DNA of 64,000 nucleotides from Mobula hypostoma. Its lineage: Eukaryota. Location: positions 4,526,001 through 4,590,000 of the forward strand of contig NC_086123.1 of NCBI RefSeq assembly GCF_963921235.1, in the 5' to 3' direction. Below the pieces are notes generated by a model. The model was not told where the DNA came from, did no database searches, and saw nothing but the letters and a program-made list of their open reading frames with translations. How positions within the stretch are numbered: the first letter of the stretch is position 1; every line of letters begins with the position of its first letter. The translations under genes were made by a program, and so were the position numbers. Below are positions 24,301 to 37,500 of the stretch, one piece after another.

Positions 24301-24873
24301 CTTCAGCAGGACCATATCCTGCTTACTTTTCCAACTGCCTAGATGTGCTAAACTGCTGGCTGTTGAGTTCACACATTAACTTTATATCCCAGAGAACAGT
24401 GGCTGGTGTGTCTTGGATCTGGATCACCAAGTTCAAAGAGGTCAAGAAGAAAACTCAATTGATATTCAAATCAGTGAGTATGTTGTCGGAACACCCTGAG
24501 GTACTTGCGGGCTGCTTTAACACCTCACTGCAACATCGTGCTGAAACAGCCCTGACTATTCTTTAAATTAAATCCAACTATTAATCTTCATTCTCATATA
24601 ATCAGTGGTAAAAATCTGAGTGAATAGTGCTTCATCATAAATTCTTCTCCCAGACAACGTCCCTTGATGCTTCGCAGTCAATAATGTACCTTTGAAGGTG
24701 TGATTGTTATAGGGGTAAATCATGACCTACTGATGCCCCACAGACAACACCATCCCTTCACCACCTTTCACATTTGTTATCAGCCACGTCTGATCCTCTG
24801 TGTTTTCACTGTGGGCCACCACAGTGCAATTAAGCATGAACTGTGTCCTCGTCCTCTCTCCCTAGTCACTCCA
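21330..24873 (-). pseudogene. Decayed multi-exon gene, possibly SGNH/PC-esterase (NXPE-like) family
   Basis: Exon-like blocks 24873-24690, 24540-24327, 24002-23873 and 23807 onward, with AG/GT ends and matching phases (0-1, 1-2, 2-0, 0) and scattered in-frame stops. Further protein-like blocks at ~23165-22935 and ~21650-21330. The family call is tentative. Confidence 0.55.
21683..22600 (-). mobile_element. Rex1/Babar LINE fragment
   Basis: LSPLRYSLYT...KFAHGTTTVGRI (RT KFADDT-like) and a typical 3' tail. Confidence 0.75.
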
Positions 24874-26299
24874 CTGGAATATTGTAGAGAACTGCAGCAG
24901 GGTTTAGGAATAATGGAACAAGTTTACACCTAGGTTTAAATGAATTGAAGAGAGCCAGAGAATACAGCAAAGAATCAGAATCAGGTTTATTGTCACTAAC
25001 ATAAGTCATGAAATGTGTTGTTTTGTGGCAGCACTACAGTGTAGGTACAACAGATTGCTATATGTTACAATAAAATTATGTAAATAAATTACAGAAGAGC
25101 AATAGACCTCTTGCACAACATGTTTACAGCAACGTTAACAAATATTCTAATCCATTTTGCCTGCAACAATTCCGATTCAGATTAGGTTATTGTGGTATAT
25201 ACCAGGGTGCACAGGAACCCTTTGCCTGCCCGAAGCCCACTTGGTAATAATGAATACACTCAAAACAGCAAAGAGCACGCAAGAACAGAATGGTGCAATG
25301 ACTCCGATGTCATGTGAAGTAATGCTTAAAGTGACGATAACCTAATAACAGAGAAGGTGGAGTTAAGAGACGAAGAATATGGCGCGATCACCAGAAAAGA
25401 GGGTGTAAAAAGAGGTGTTTGGTCGGGGGAGGAAGTTGTTCTTGAATCTAGTCATCCAGGTTTTCAAACTCCAGAATCTTCTTCCAGAAAAGGGAATGAC
25501 CAGGGTGGCAGGCATCCGTGACGAGACAAGTAACCTTCCGTAAGCAACACGTTGTAGAGATGGATGGGATGGAAGGAAGTGCTGAGCTATATCCCTCTGC
25601 GTTCTTGTCAGGACCCTTTTAAATGTTGTTACTGTTCCTGCCTTCACCACATCCTCTGGCAGCTCATTCCAGATACCGACAACTCACTGTGAAAAATCTA
25701 CCCCTCAGACCTTCTTTAAATTTCCTTCCTCGCCTCTAGTTTTAAACGTCCCTAACATGGGAAACAGGCAGTGGTTATGTAGCTTCTGTGTGCCATATAC
25801 ATCTATCATGTCACCCTCAGCCTCCTTCGATCCAGGGAAAGAGACTCCACCTGTCCAATCGCTCCTGTTAATTCAAGCCCTCCATGTTTTTGTGCATCTT
25901 GGTAGACTATAAAGAAACAAATATTGGAGATGGGTTCTAGCATAAAGTTTAAATAGATACATTCTTATCACAGATAACCATTGGACAGTTTGAGATAATG
26001 GATGTATAGTAAATGATGTTTGGTCAGTTCCTGAGCCCCTCTAACACCTCCTTCTCATTCAAGAATCTTCCTGCTGCTCTTTGTCTGGTAAAAAAGGAAA
26101 TCAAATCTTTCGACAGAGGTGACATAGGATCAGAAGATGTAGAATCCTTGTGGGTAGAGTGCAGAAACTGCAAGGAAAAGGAGACCCTGATACAAGCTGT
26201 AAACACAAAATAATCTGCAGATGCTGTAAAAGATCAAAGCAACACTTTCAGTACGCTGGATGAACTCGGCAGATCGGGCAGCATCAGTCAGAAATGATG

Positions 26300-26335
26300 A
26301 GTCGACATTTCGGGGCGGAACCCTTCGTCAGGACT
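26300..26335 (-). ncRNA. Second minimal hammerhead motif (inverted copy)
   Basis: Reverse complement reads AGTC-CTGACGA-AGGGTTCCGCCCC-GAAA-TGTC-GACT. The core is intact; stem III is AUGU. Confidence 0.6.
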
Positions 26336-26571
26336 GAAGAATGAAAGATGGGGACGGATTTGAAGAATGCTTGTAGCGTCAGTTGAAAGACCAGTAATTT
26401 GAAAGACAAAGGGGATGGGGGAGGGGAAGCATTGACGTCATAGCCCTGGAAACAATGGGTAGTAGAAGAAGGAGGTGGAACCATTTCCCCCACCACTTTG
26501 TCTTTCAATTTACTGGTCTTTCAACCGAAGCTACAAGCATTCTTCAAATCTTTCCCCACCTTTCATTTTTC

Positions 26572-26607
26572 AGTCCTGACGAAGGGTTCCGGCCCGAAAC
26601 GTCGACT
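26572..26607 (+). ncRNA. Minimal type I hammerhead ribozyme motif in a Penelope terminal repeat
   Basis: AGTC-CTGACGA-A-GGG(TTCCGG)CCC-GAAA-CGTC-GACT: intact CUGANGA and GAAA core, stem I AGUC/GACU, palindromic ACGU stem III, GUC cleavage triplet. Confidence 0.75.
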
Positions 26608-29389
26608 CATCATTTCTGACTGATGCTGCCTGACTTGCTGAGTTCATCCAGCGTACTGAAAATGATGCAAGCTACTTACAAGCTTCTGAACAGTAGCCGG
26701 GATGTGGTCTACAAATTACAAGAAGAAATAGAAAAAGCATGTCAAAAAGCCAATGTTATGTTAGTCATGTGGGATTTCAATATGCAGATAGATTGGGAAG
26801 ATCACATTGATGCTGGATCCCAAGAGAGAGAATTTGTAGAATGCCTCCACTGGAGGATCAGCAATTCTGGATTGGGTGTTGTGTAATGAACTGGATATGA
26901 TTAGGGAGCTTAAGGTAAAGGAACCCTTAGGAAATAATGATCATAATATGATAGCGTTCACCCTGCAATTTGAGAGGGAGAAGCTAAAGTCAGATATATC
27001 AGTACTACAGTGGAGTAAAGAGAATTACAGAGGCATGAGAGAGGAGCTGGCCAAAATTGATTGAAAGAGGACACTAGCAGGAATGATGGCAAAGCAGCAA
27101 TGGCTGGACTTCCTGGGAACAATTCCAGGGGCACAGGACAGATACATCCCAAAGAAGAAAAAGTATTCTAAAGGCAGAATGGTGTAACCATGGCTGACAA
27201 GAGAAGTTGAAGCCAACATGAAAGCCAAGAGGGCATATAATAGAGCAAAAACTAATGGGAAGTTAGAGGATTGGGGAATTAAAAAAAAACAACAGAAGAT
27301 AACTAAAAAAAAACAGGTGGGGGGCGGAGGAGACAATGAAATATGAAGGTCAGCCAGCCAATAATATCAAAAATGATACCAAAAGATTTTTCAGATACAT
27401 AACGTAAAAGAGAGGTGAGAGTAGACATTAGACTGCTGGAAAAATGATGTTGGAGTGATAGTAATGTGGACAAGGAAATGGCGGACAGACTGAATAAGTA
27501 TTTTGCATCAGTCTTCACTGTGGAAGACACTAGAAGTGTGCCGGAAGTTTGAGACTGTCAGGGGGCAGAAGTGAGTACAGTTGTTGTTAATAAGGAGAAG
27601 GTGCTAGGGAAACTGAGAGGTCGGAAGATGGATAAGTCACCTAGACCTGATGGACTACACCCCAGGGTCCTGAAAGAGGTAGCTGAAGAGATTGTGGAGG
27701 CATTAGTAATGATGTTTCAAGAATCAATAGATCTTGGGATGGTTCTGGAGGACTTGAAAATCGCAAATGTCACTCCATTCTTCAAGGAGGGAAGCAGAAA
27801 AAATGAAATTATAGGCCAGTTAGTTTGACCTCAGTTATTGGGAAGTTGTTGGAGTCAATTGGTAAGGTTGTGGTCTCAGGAGGCATGTGACAAAACAGGC
27901 TAAAGTCAGATGGTTTCCTTAAGGGAACATCTTGCCTGACAAATCTGTTGGAATTCTTTGAAGGCGTAACAAGAAGGAAAGACAAAGGAAACTCGGTGGA
28001 TGTTGTGTACTTGTACTTAGATTTTCAGAAGGACTTTGACAAGGTGCTGCATCTGAGGCTACTAAACAAGGTAAGAGCCCATGGTATTCCTGGAAAGATA
28101 CTAGCATGGATAGAGCATTGGCTGACTGGCAGGAGACAAAAAGTGTGAATAAAGGGATTACACTGCCGATGACTAGTGATGTTCCACAGGGATCTGTGAT
28201 GGGACTGCTTCTATTTACGTTGTCGGTCAACAGTTTGGATGGTGGAATTGATGACTTTGTGGCCAAGTTTGCGGAAGATACAAAGACAGGTGGAGGGGCT
28301 GGTAGTGCTGAGGAAGCAGATCTGATGCAGAAGGACTTAAGCGGATTAGGAGAATGGGCGAAGAAGTGGCGGATGGAATACCGTGTCGAGATGTGTATAA
28401 TCATGGTAGAAGGAATAGAAGCATACACTATTTTCTAAACGGGGAGAAAATTCTAACATCCGAGGTGGAAAGGGATTTGGGAGTCCACGTGGAGGATTCC
28501 CTGAGGGTTAATTTGCAGGTTGAGTCTATGGTGAGGAAGGTAAATACAATGCTAGCATTCATTTCAAGAGGACTAGAGTTTAATAGAAAGGATGTAAAAT
28601 TGAGGCTGTATAAGGCTGGTGAGGCTTCACTTGGAGGATTGTGAGCAGTTCTGGGCTCCGTATGTGCTGATATTGGAGAGGATTCAGAGCAGGTTCACGA
28701 GAAAGATTCAGGGGATGAAAGGGTTATCATAGGAGCAGTGATTGAAGGCTTTGGTCTTGTATTTGCTGGAATTTAGAAGAAAGAGTGGGGAAATTCATTG
28801 AAACCTATCAAATGTTGAAGGGCCAAGACAGAGTGGATGTGAAGAGGATGTTTCCTTTGCTGGAGAATTCTAGGACCAGAGGGAAAATCCTCAAGATAGA
28901 GAGACATCTATTTAGAACAGAGATGAGGAGGAATTTCTTTAGCCAGAGGGTGGTGAATCTGTGGAATTCATTGCCACAGGCAGCTGTAGAGGCCAAGTCA
29001 TTGGGTATACCTAGGCGAAGGTTGACAGGTTCTTGATTTATCAGGATGTGAAAGGTTATGGGGAGAAGGCAGGGGATTGGGGTTGTGAGGGAAATAAATG
29101 AGCCATGATTGAATGGTGGAGCAGACTCAATGGGCCAAATGGCCTAATTCTGCTCCTGTGGCTTATGGTTACTCAGCCAACTCTGAGTCAATTCTCCCAG
29201 TGCCTTTTCTCAGCACACGTCTCAAGCCATCGGGTTTCGCATGAGAAGTTAAAACAAGGCCCTCTACTCCCTGAACTGGTAAACTTGGAAGAAGAGATGG
29301 GGAGTTTCCCCTCCAGCTAATGTTTATCCCTCTGTCACCAGCATTAAAAAAGATTGAAAGGTCACTGTCATATTGCCATATGCAGGGAG

Positions 29390-29820
29390 ATCAGTGGGGA
29401 GGGACAAATGGACAAGTCAGTTGCACAGGGAGCAATCCCTGTGGAAAGCAGAAAGTGAGGGGGAGGGAAGGATGTGCTTGGTGGTGGGATCCCGCTGGAG
29501 ATGGCAGTTTTGGAGAAGTATGTGCTGGACACGAATGCTTGCCCTATCCCTGGTGGGGTGGCGGGAGGATGGGGTGAGGGCAGATGTGCATGAAACGGAA
29601 GAGATGCATTTGAAGGCAGCATTGATGGTGGAGGAAGGAAAGCCCCTTTCTTTGAAGAAGGAGGACTTCTCTTTAGTTCTGGAATGAAAAGCCTCACCCT
29701 GAGAGCAGAGCAGGAGAGATAGAGGAATTGAGAGAAGGGCATGGCACTTTTACAAGTAACAGGGTGGGAAGAGACCAGGTAGCTGTGAGAATCAGTGGGT
29801 TTATAAAATATCAGTGAGAA
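29390..29820 (-). mobile_element. Penelope-like element coding fragment
   Basis: MPFSQFLYL...SSFFKERGFPSSTINAA-type post-RT segment. The same segment occurs at 50423-50547 on the + strand. Confidence 0.7.
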
Positions 29821-30639
29821 TCACCTTTACCTTTATTTCTCCTCCCAAAGAGCATGACCATACACTTCCCTGCACTGTATTCCATTTGTTGTAATATCAA
29901 CAAAATCACAGGAGAGACACAGCTGGTAGATATGGAGTAGTCTTTTATTCAACAAAATGAAGTACAGCAGGCATCATATCGAGGCCCTTTCAGAGGACGA
30001 GGCCTGTTCGACCCTACATGATACTTTATATGATAAAGATCAAAGGACAATTCCATATTTGCAATGCTTCCTTTGAGATACATATAACTTTCAGACATCC
30101 TTCTTCTCACCCACACTCCACTCTGTTTTTTCAATTAACTGCTGTTCACAGCTCTAGGAACCTGCATTTTAAATTTAATCTACAGACCATGCTCAGGTCT
30201 AAAGATTGGCTGCTGAAGTTAATATTTTGTTATACACCCTAAGGCCAGAATATGCCCTAACACCAGATGCCACTTCTCTGCACATTCTCTTAATCTGTGC
30301 AAATCCCTCTGCGGACTCCCTGCCTCCTCAACACTACCTGCACCTCTCCCCATCTTTGCAGCATCCGCAAACTTGTCTACAGATCCATCAATTCTGTCAT
30401 CTAAATTATTGACGTGAAAACAGAATGAACCTAACAGCGGCCCCTGCAGGACACCAGTAAATTCGCAGCCAACTTGATGAGGCCCCATTTATTCTCTCTT
30501 TACCTTCAGGCAGTCAACCAATCTTCCATCCATGCTGGTATCTTTCCTGTTTTGTGTGCTTCCAAGTACCCTGAAATCTCATTCTTACTCTTTTATCTTG
30601 CCAACAACTGAAGCCAGGCTATATAGCCTATAATTCCAA

Positions 30640-30950
30640 ACAGGAGAAAATCTGCAGATCTTTCAAATCTCTTACTAGCTCTTCTTTCAGTTAGTCCTGA
30701 CAAAGGGTCTCGGCCCGAAACGTCGACTGTACCTCTTCCTAGAGATGCTGCCTGGCCTGCTGCGTTCACCAGCAATTTTTATGTGTGTTGCTTGAAAATC
30801 TGCAGATGCTGGAAATCCAAGCAACACACACAAAATGCTGGAGGAACTCAGCAGGTCAAGCAGCATCTATGGAAAAAAAGTACAGTCGACGTTTCGGCCC
30901 GAGACCCGTCAGCAGGAAAAAAAGATGAGGAGTCAGAGTAAGAAGGTCAC
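30640..30950. mobile_element. Nested Penelope terminal repeats (young copy 30660-30793 inside an older one)
   Basis: GAAAATCTGCAGAT duplicated at 30646-30659 and 30794-30807. Confidence 0.8.
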
Positions 30951-31712
30951 TTCCCTGCCACCAAACTTCCTAATGATAGGCCGTGCCGCTGAAAGGGCTT
31001 GCCCAGCTGTATACTGTATACTGTACATCACCTGGGGAACAGGATTGCCATGAAGTTGTTGAACGTGGAAGTATAAATTCCAAAACCGCATTTAATAAAC
31101 ACAAGTGTTAACGAAAACAATTCACGTCGTATTTGAGAACTGTTGCTTATAGGTAATCTCTGATGAGTGTTCTGCAGAATTTCACAAATGTATTGGAAGT
31201 GGATTGGAATTGGAATGGGTTTATTGTCACGTGTGCCGAGCTACAGTGAGAAGCTTGTTGTGCACAGCTCATTCAGACCAATTACGCAGTGATTGAGGTA
31301 GTACAAGGTAAAACAGTATCAGGATGCAGAATAAACTGCCAGAGCCACTGAGAAAGTGCAGTGCAAGTAAACAACAAGGGTGCAATTCTATCTGATAGAT
31401 TGTGAAGGAGATTTATTCAATAATCTAAATTAGATCAAGGGGGGAGGGAATGCCAATGTGAGTAGTTTGCAGAAGAAATGTTTGCATGATTTAAACAAAA
31501 AAAAAAGCGGCAATATCTGTGCAGGAAAAAGGATGGTCGATATTCCCTACCGACGTCCTGGTGTAGTGTTTCGGCCCGAAGTGCGGACTGACTGCTAATT
31601 CCTTTCTGCTTGACCTGCTGAGTTCCTCCGGCAGTGTATGTCACCTTGTCAAGTTGTTTGCAGAAGTTTGCTTCAATGCTCCAAAATTACTGTCGGCGGG
31701 TGGTTGGCCAGG

Positions 31713-31785
31713 GCCCGGATAGCTCAGTCGGTAGAGCATCAGACTTTTAATCTGAGGGTCCAGGGTTCAAGTCCCTGTTCGGGCG
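31713..31785 (+). tRNA. tRNA-Lys (anticodon TTT)
   Basis: GCCCGGATAGCTCAGTCGGTAGAGCATCAGACTTTTAATCTGAGGGTCCAGGGTTCAAGTCCCTGTTCGGGCG, a canonical 73-nt vertebrate tRNA-Lys(UUU). Anticodon at 31746-31748, intact A and B boxes. Confidence 0.98.
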
Positions 31786-31790
31786 ATCGC

Positions 31791-31795
31791 TTTTT
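31791..31795 (+). terminator. Pol III terminator (T5) of tRNA-Lys
   Basis: TTTTT 5 nt after the tRNA 3' end. Confidence 0.8.
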
Positions 31796-31849
31796 ACACT
31801 CAGCCACTTCACTTCTATTTTAAATTGAGCTGGTAACACGTAAAATGGA

Positions 31850-32745
<896 letters not shown>

Positions 32746-32839
32746 GACGCATGTCCAATTCTTTAAGAAGCCACTGGTATCAAATGGAATATTTTCTCTT
32801 TTTGGTACTTAATGTGTAGTGATTTATTTGTAAAATTAA

Positions 32840-32989
<150 letters not shown>

Positions 32990-34048
32990 TGAACACTGAC
33001 ACGGGATTGTTGCCTCCGTTAATGTGTGAACTCTACAAGCCATTTGTACATCTCGGTGTGGGGAACCTCACAACAGTGGACACAGGGAGCAGAGTATACA
33101 ATGCTGTTCGACTCTGGTTAATTAAATTCTGGAACTATAGTTGTGAATCACTTGCAAAGTGATCATGATTTAAAGTTGGTGAATTTGTACGCTTTTTATA
33201 ACTTTGAAGTGACGCGTGTCTTTGATGGTTCTTGTGAGACCCCGATCCTCAAAATAAGAATGCTACAGCAATGAGTCGATTTCTGCACTGAGCAACAAAT
33301 AATTGTGTAATTTTTTTTGTGACACACAAAGTTTTAATATATTCCCTTAAGTCTTGTTGCTGTCTTTAATTTTACAACTATGTGTGGTTTTGTACAAACC
33401 CATGTTAAGATGCAGCTGTCTTTTCCGTTCAGTGGCATTATTGTGCGGCTGTTGGCTGGGCTGAGTGAGCATTTAGCAGTTGAGTCAGGCAGACCTGGTG
33501 TCATATCTGTTCTGAGTTGGTCTGTCTCAGTGGGGTTAGGGGGCGAGGTGGTTGCAGTGGGCAGTGACGGGAGAAAGAACCAAAGAAAATATGAGCAGGA
33601 GTCCCTCAAGCCTGCCATATCAGCCCTAGGCTCAATCTCCTTTTCTGTCTCAGTTCCTTGATCTTTTAAAAAAGTATCTTCTGTACCATCAATGATCTGG
33701 CCCCCACAACCCTCTGGAGTGGAAATTTCCAGAGCTCCAGCAACTTCTGTGAGAAGTTTCGAAGTGTATTTTCCTTAAAGAAATGTGTGTTGGATCTGTT
33801 CACGATAACCAGACTCCGCTTATCCTAATTTCCAAGGATTATTTTCCTGATGCTGTTCACCCCAGTTCAGCAGCATCTCTGCCTCCCTGGCTTTAACAGC
33901 TGACCCAGCAACACTTTCAAAAATATTTGTTCTCCAATGTAATCAGTGATCTCACTAACTACACTGAGGCTTTATTAGATGCATCGTATCACCCTCTAAC
34001 TACTATAAGGCTACAAAAATAAGTGTTGCTTTCCTCCTAACAATCTCC

Positions 34049-34530
34049 TACACTTATTTGGTGGCCAATTTATTAAGTACTTCCAGTACCTAATACGGTT
34101 ATCACTGTGTGTATGCTCGTGGTCCATCCACTTCAAGGTTTGACTTGTTGAGCATTCAGAGACACTGTTGTAGTGTGTTCTTGAGTTACTATCGCCTTCC
34201 TGTCAGCTTGAATCTGTCTGGCCACTCTCTGACTTCATTAACAAGGTATTTTCACCCACAGAACTGCTGCTCACTTTCGATGCCTTTTTGCTTTTGCGCA
34301 CTCTCTGTAAATCCCAGGACATCAGTAATTTCTGAGATACTCAGTCTGGCACCAATAGTCATTCCATGGTCAAGGTCACATAGATGACATTTCTTTTTTC
34401 ATTCTGATGTTTGAACTGAACCTCAAACACATGTTTAATGCATTAAGTTGCTGTCACATGATTGGCTGATTAAATATTTGCATCAACGAGCTGGTGCACG
34501 GGGTTCCGAATGAAATGGCCACTGAGTCTA
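34049..34530. mobile_element. Tc1-derived non-autonomous element
   Basis: Degenerate TIRs gtggccaatttatt and aatgaaatggccactgag, with TA-like flanks. Confidence 0.6.
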
Positions 34531-37500
34531 TTTTATTCCTCTCTCTGAGTGCAGATGATGGCTTACGGCTTATCCTCTGGGAACTCACTCACCAGTCTGG
34601 ACTGTAGGATACTAACGGGTTATCTGTTAGATTGTGCTTCAGGGCAAAAATCAGATGAAAGCAGTTAAGTTCTCTGTAAAATACAGAGATCTAGGTGACA
34701 TTGCACGTGAATCGCAAACAGTTATCAGGCAGATCTTGTTGAGGGTCCAGTCGTTTAGGAAATACGAACTAAGAGGACAGATTGTTCAAATTTCAAAACC
34801 ATAATGAAAGTTAATGTGTGTTTCTTTTAATCTGCAAACTCAGTAGTGCACGCTACTTTTAGATTTCCTCAGTAACAGAACTTGGGCAGTTACAGAATCC
34901 AAATAAACAAACTCATTTGTATCCTTGCCTCGTCAAAAGCAGAATGTGTTGTAACAATGGACTACAGAGAACGTTGGGATGTTACAACCTCTGAGAAGTC
35001 ACCGGAGCTACTGAAAAGCATAAGGAAATTAATAGTTAGGGGGTAGAGATACTTTGAATTTCATTAGTTCGCAGTAGAGTGGGATCTAGATACGTACATC
35101 TGGTGTTGATAGTCAGAGCAGTAAGCATAGTGCTGCCTTCTGTTTTTCTGAAGTTTGCAATTTCCAAGCTGATAAGCATGTTAGAGATGGACCTTCTCAG
35201 AATTCTCAAACTAGTAGGGTTTCCTACACTGAAGTTTCACAGAGTTGAAGCCTAATTACTAGAAAACAGTGCTCTAATATTCAAAAACATTCATATAAAA
35301 TCAAAATGTTGAAAATATTCAGCGGGCCTATGAGGAGAGAAACAATGTTAACGTTTCTGTTCAGTGAATTTTCATCAGAGCTGGGTAAACAAGGGAATGG
35401 TTTTAGTAGGTCTCCTGTGGAATGGGAGAGATATCTGAGGTTAGAAGGAAGGGATGGAAATGAGCCATGATCAACCAACCATTACTCAACAGTCATCTGA
35501 CCACATCACGGTGAAAGATAATTTAAAAGATCTGCCAAGTCAACTGAATAGAACCTTTCATTACAGACATTGGCCTTGGAACAGATACAGTGTAAATTCA
35601 CCAACATTATTTCTGGGCTTAAAGGTTTAAATTACAGAACGGTCATAAATGTGATTTGTAATCTTGATTGTAGAAGACTGAAGTACGACACAGTACAGGG
35701 ACTTAAAACAATGAGAGGGCTTGCTTGTTAAGACAGTGAAACGATTCCTCTGGACCAGAGTTAAAATTAGAACAAACCTTTTCACACAAATGGTATTGTA
35801 AATCTCGAACTTGTTCGCTGTACAAACCCAGGATGCTGTTTAGTTTCTGGATGTTTTTCATTGGCTCCTAGTGAATCCTTTCATCGCCTTCGCCTCACCC
35901 ATTGTCACGCAGTGATAAGCACCATGATTTCCCATCATGGTCTGATGTGAATATTGACCAGTACATGGGAGGGTGGTAGAGAACAGATACTCATTAAACA
36001 GCTGAGTAGAGCATTTGGAATGGTACTGAGAACCGTGACTCAATGCACCAGGTGTGCTTGGATACCTGGCATAATCACGCAGAACGAACATGCTACCTCA
36101 GAAACTGCCCACCTGCTTCTACTGTCAGCTCCCTTTCCCTGATGCTTCTATTGCTTTAGCCTAACCCTAAATTTCTCTTTCTCAGTTTTTTTTTCATCCT
36201 TGCTCTTTCCCAACCATCATTAACAACCCCCCAATCTCATTTAGTCTCCCATACTATCTCTTTTCCAATGTCTTCTGGGATTTGCTTCCTGTTCTTATTT
36301 TCTCTTGCTTTTGCTTTTTCCCCCCTCTCTTCCCCCCACCCCATGTCCTATTTTGCTTTCTGTGACTCGATTGCTCTCTCCTACATGCATGTCTCTACGT
36401 CTATTTACTGTATCAGTTTGCTGTGCTCACTGCGTCCCCCTCAATTTATCCACCTCTTCTTCCTCTCACTGTGCATGAGAGACAGAGCCAACCCTACATA
36501 TTCTTGCAGACTTTGCAATGAAGAAACCAGATCTGTCAAGCAGACTGGGAAAACACCAGCTCCAAATCCCTCCTAGTAAAACACATAATCCTGATTTCAC
36601 CTACCTTTCACGTCAACGAGTCTAAATCACAGAATTCCCTACCTGACTGCACTGTTGCATTTTTGTTAGAAGACTACAGCAATTGCTCAGAAAGGATCAC
36701 CATCTCCTCCTCAACTGCATCTGGGGTCTTGGGGGGAGAAAACGGGTCTTGAGTCACCCCATACATAACAAATACACAAGAACCTATGCACTGTTGTTGC
36801 AGAGGATTAGTACCGTAGTTTATTGATTTACAAATGTTGGAATCATGAACATACAAAATCCTTTGGGTTTTGATTTACAAAACTATTCTTTGTGGTAACA
36901 AATGGAAGGTTACTCTTTGCATGTGGGAATGAATGCGCTGCATCAAAATGTATCACACCTAGCTTTTAGAATTCATGAAATTTTCTTTAACAAAACATTT
37001 TTCCAGGAATGGATTCCTCTCATAAATTGATATAAGGCAAACGAGAATTAAACACATTTTGGAAATTGGAACTGAATTCAGTTTAGTAAATTATTTATTT
37101 GAAATAGCTTGTATGTGCCTCCATCACCACACTCAATACACTCAACTGTATACGGCACCTGGTTAGGAGGAACAAAGACAACGGTCCCAGTGAATTTGAC
37201 AGGAATGACTACAACAAAAACATTCAAGTAAGTGTAAGTGTGTCTTAGCTAACGTCATGAAAAATACATTAATCAACTGTTTATCTAGGGATCTTGTTTC
37301 AGATCAGTAGGTTCATGGTGTCCATTCTGAAAGGATTCTTGGCTACATCAGTATGTTTATTCATCATACTGAGAACACGTAATATATATTAAGGTATTTG
37401 GGCAATTGATTAGAATCTGTCAAATTATTGATTGGAAATCAAAATTGTGGAATTATTAATTCAGACATGGTTTATTGATTAGGATTTTTAAGAGACTACT

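Larger units (their letters stand above)
26199..26662. mobile_element. Penelope inverted terminal-repeat pair
   Basis: Arms ~26246-26421 and ~26487-26661 are reverse complements. Flanked by TGATACAAGCT (26188-26198) and TGATGCAAGCT (26663-26673). Confidence 0.85.
26078..29169 (+). mobile_element. ~3-kb decayed CR1 LINE (endonuclease and RT), interrupted by a Penelope inverted repeat
   Basis: ESLWVE, WDFNM..DW, NDHNMI, KSPRPDGLHPRVLKE, YLDFQKDFDKV, VPQGSVMG, KFAEDTK, FFSQRVVNLWNSLP, followed by a CR1 3' tail. Confidence 0.92.
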
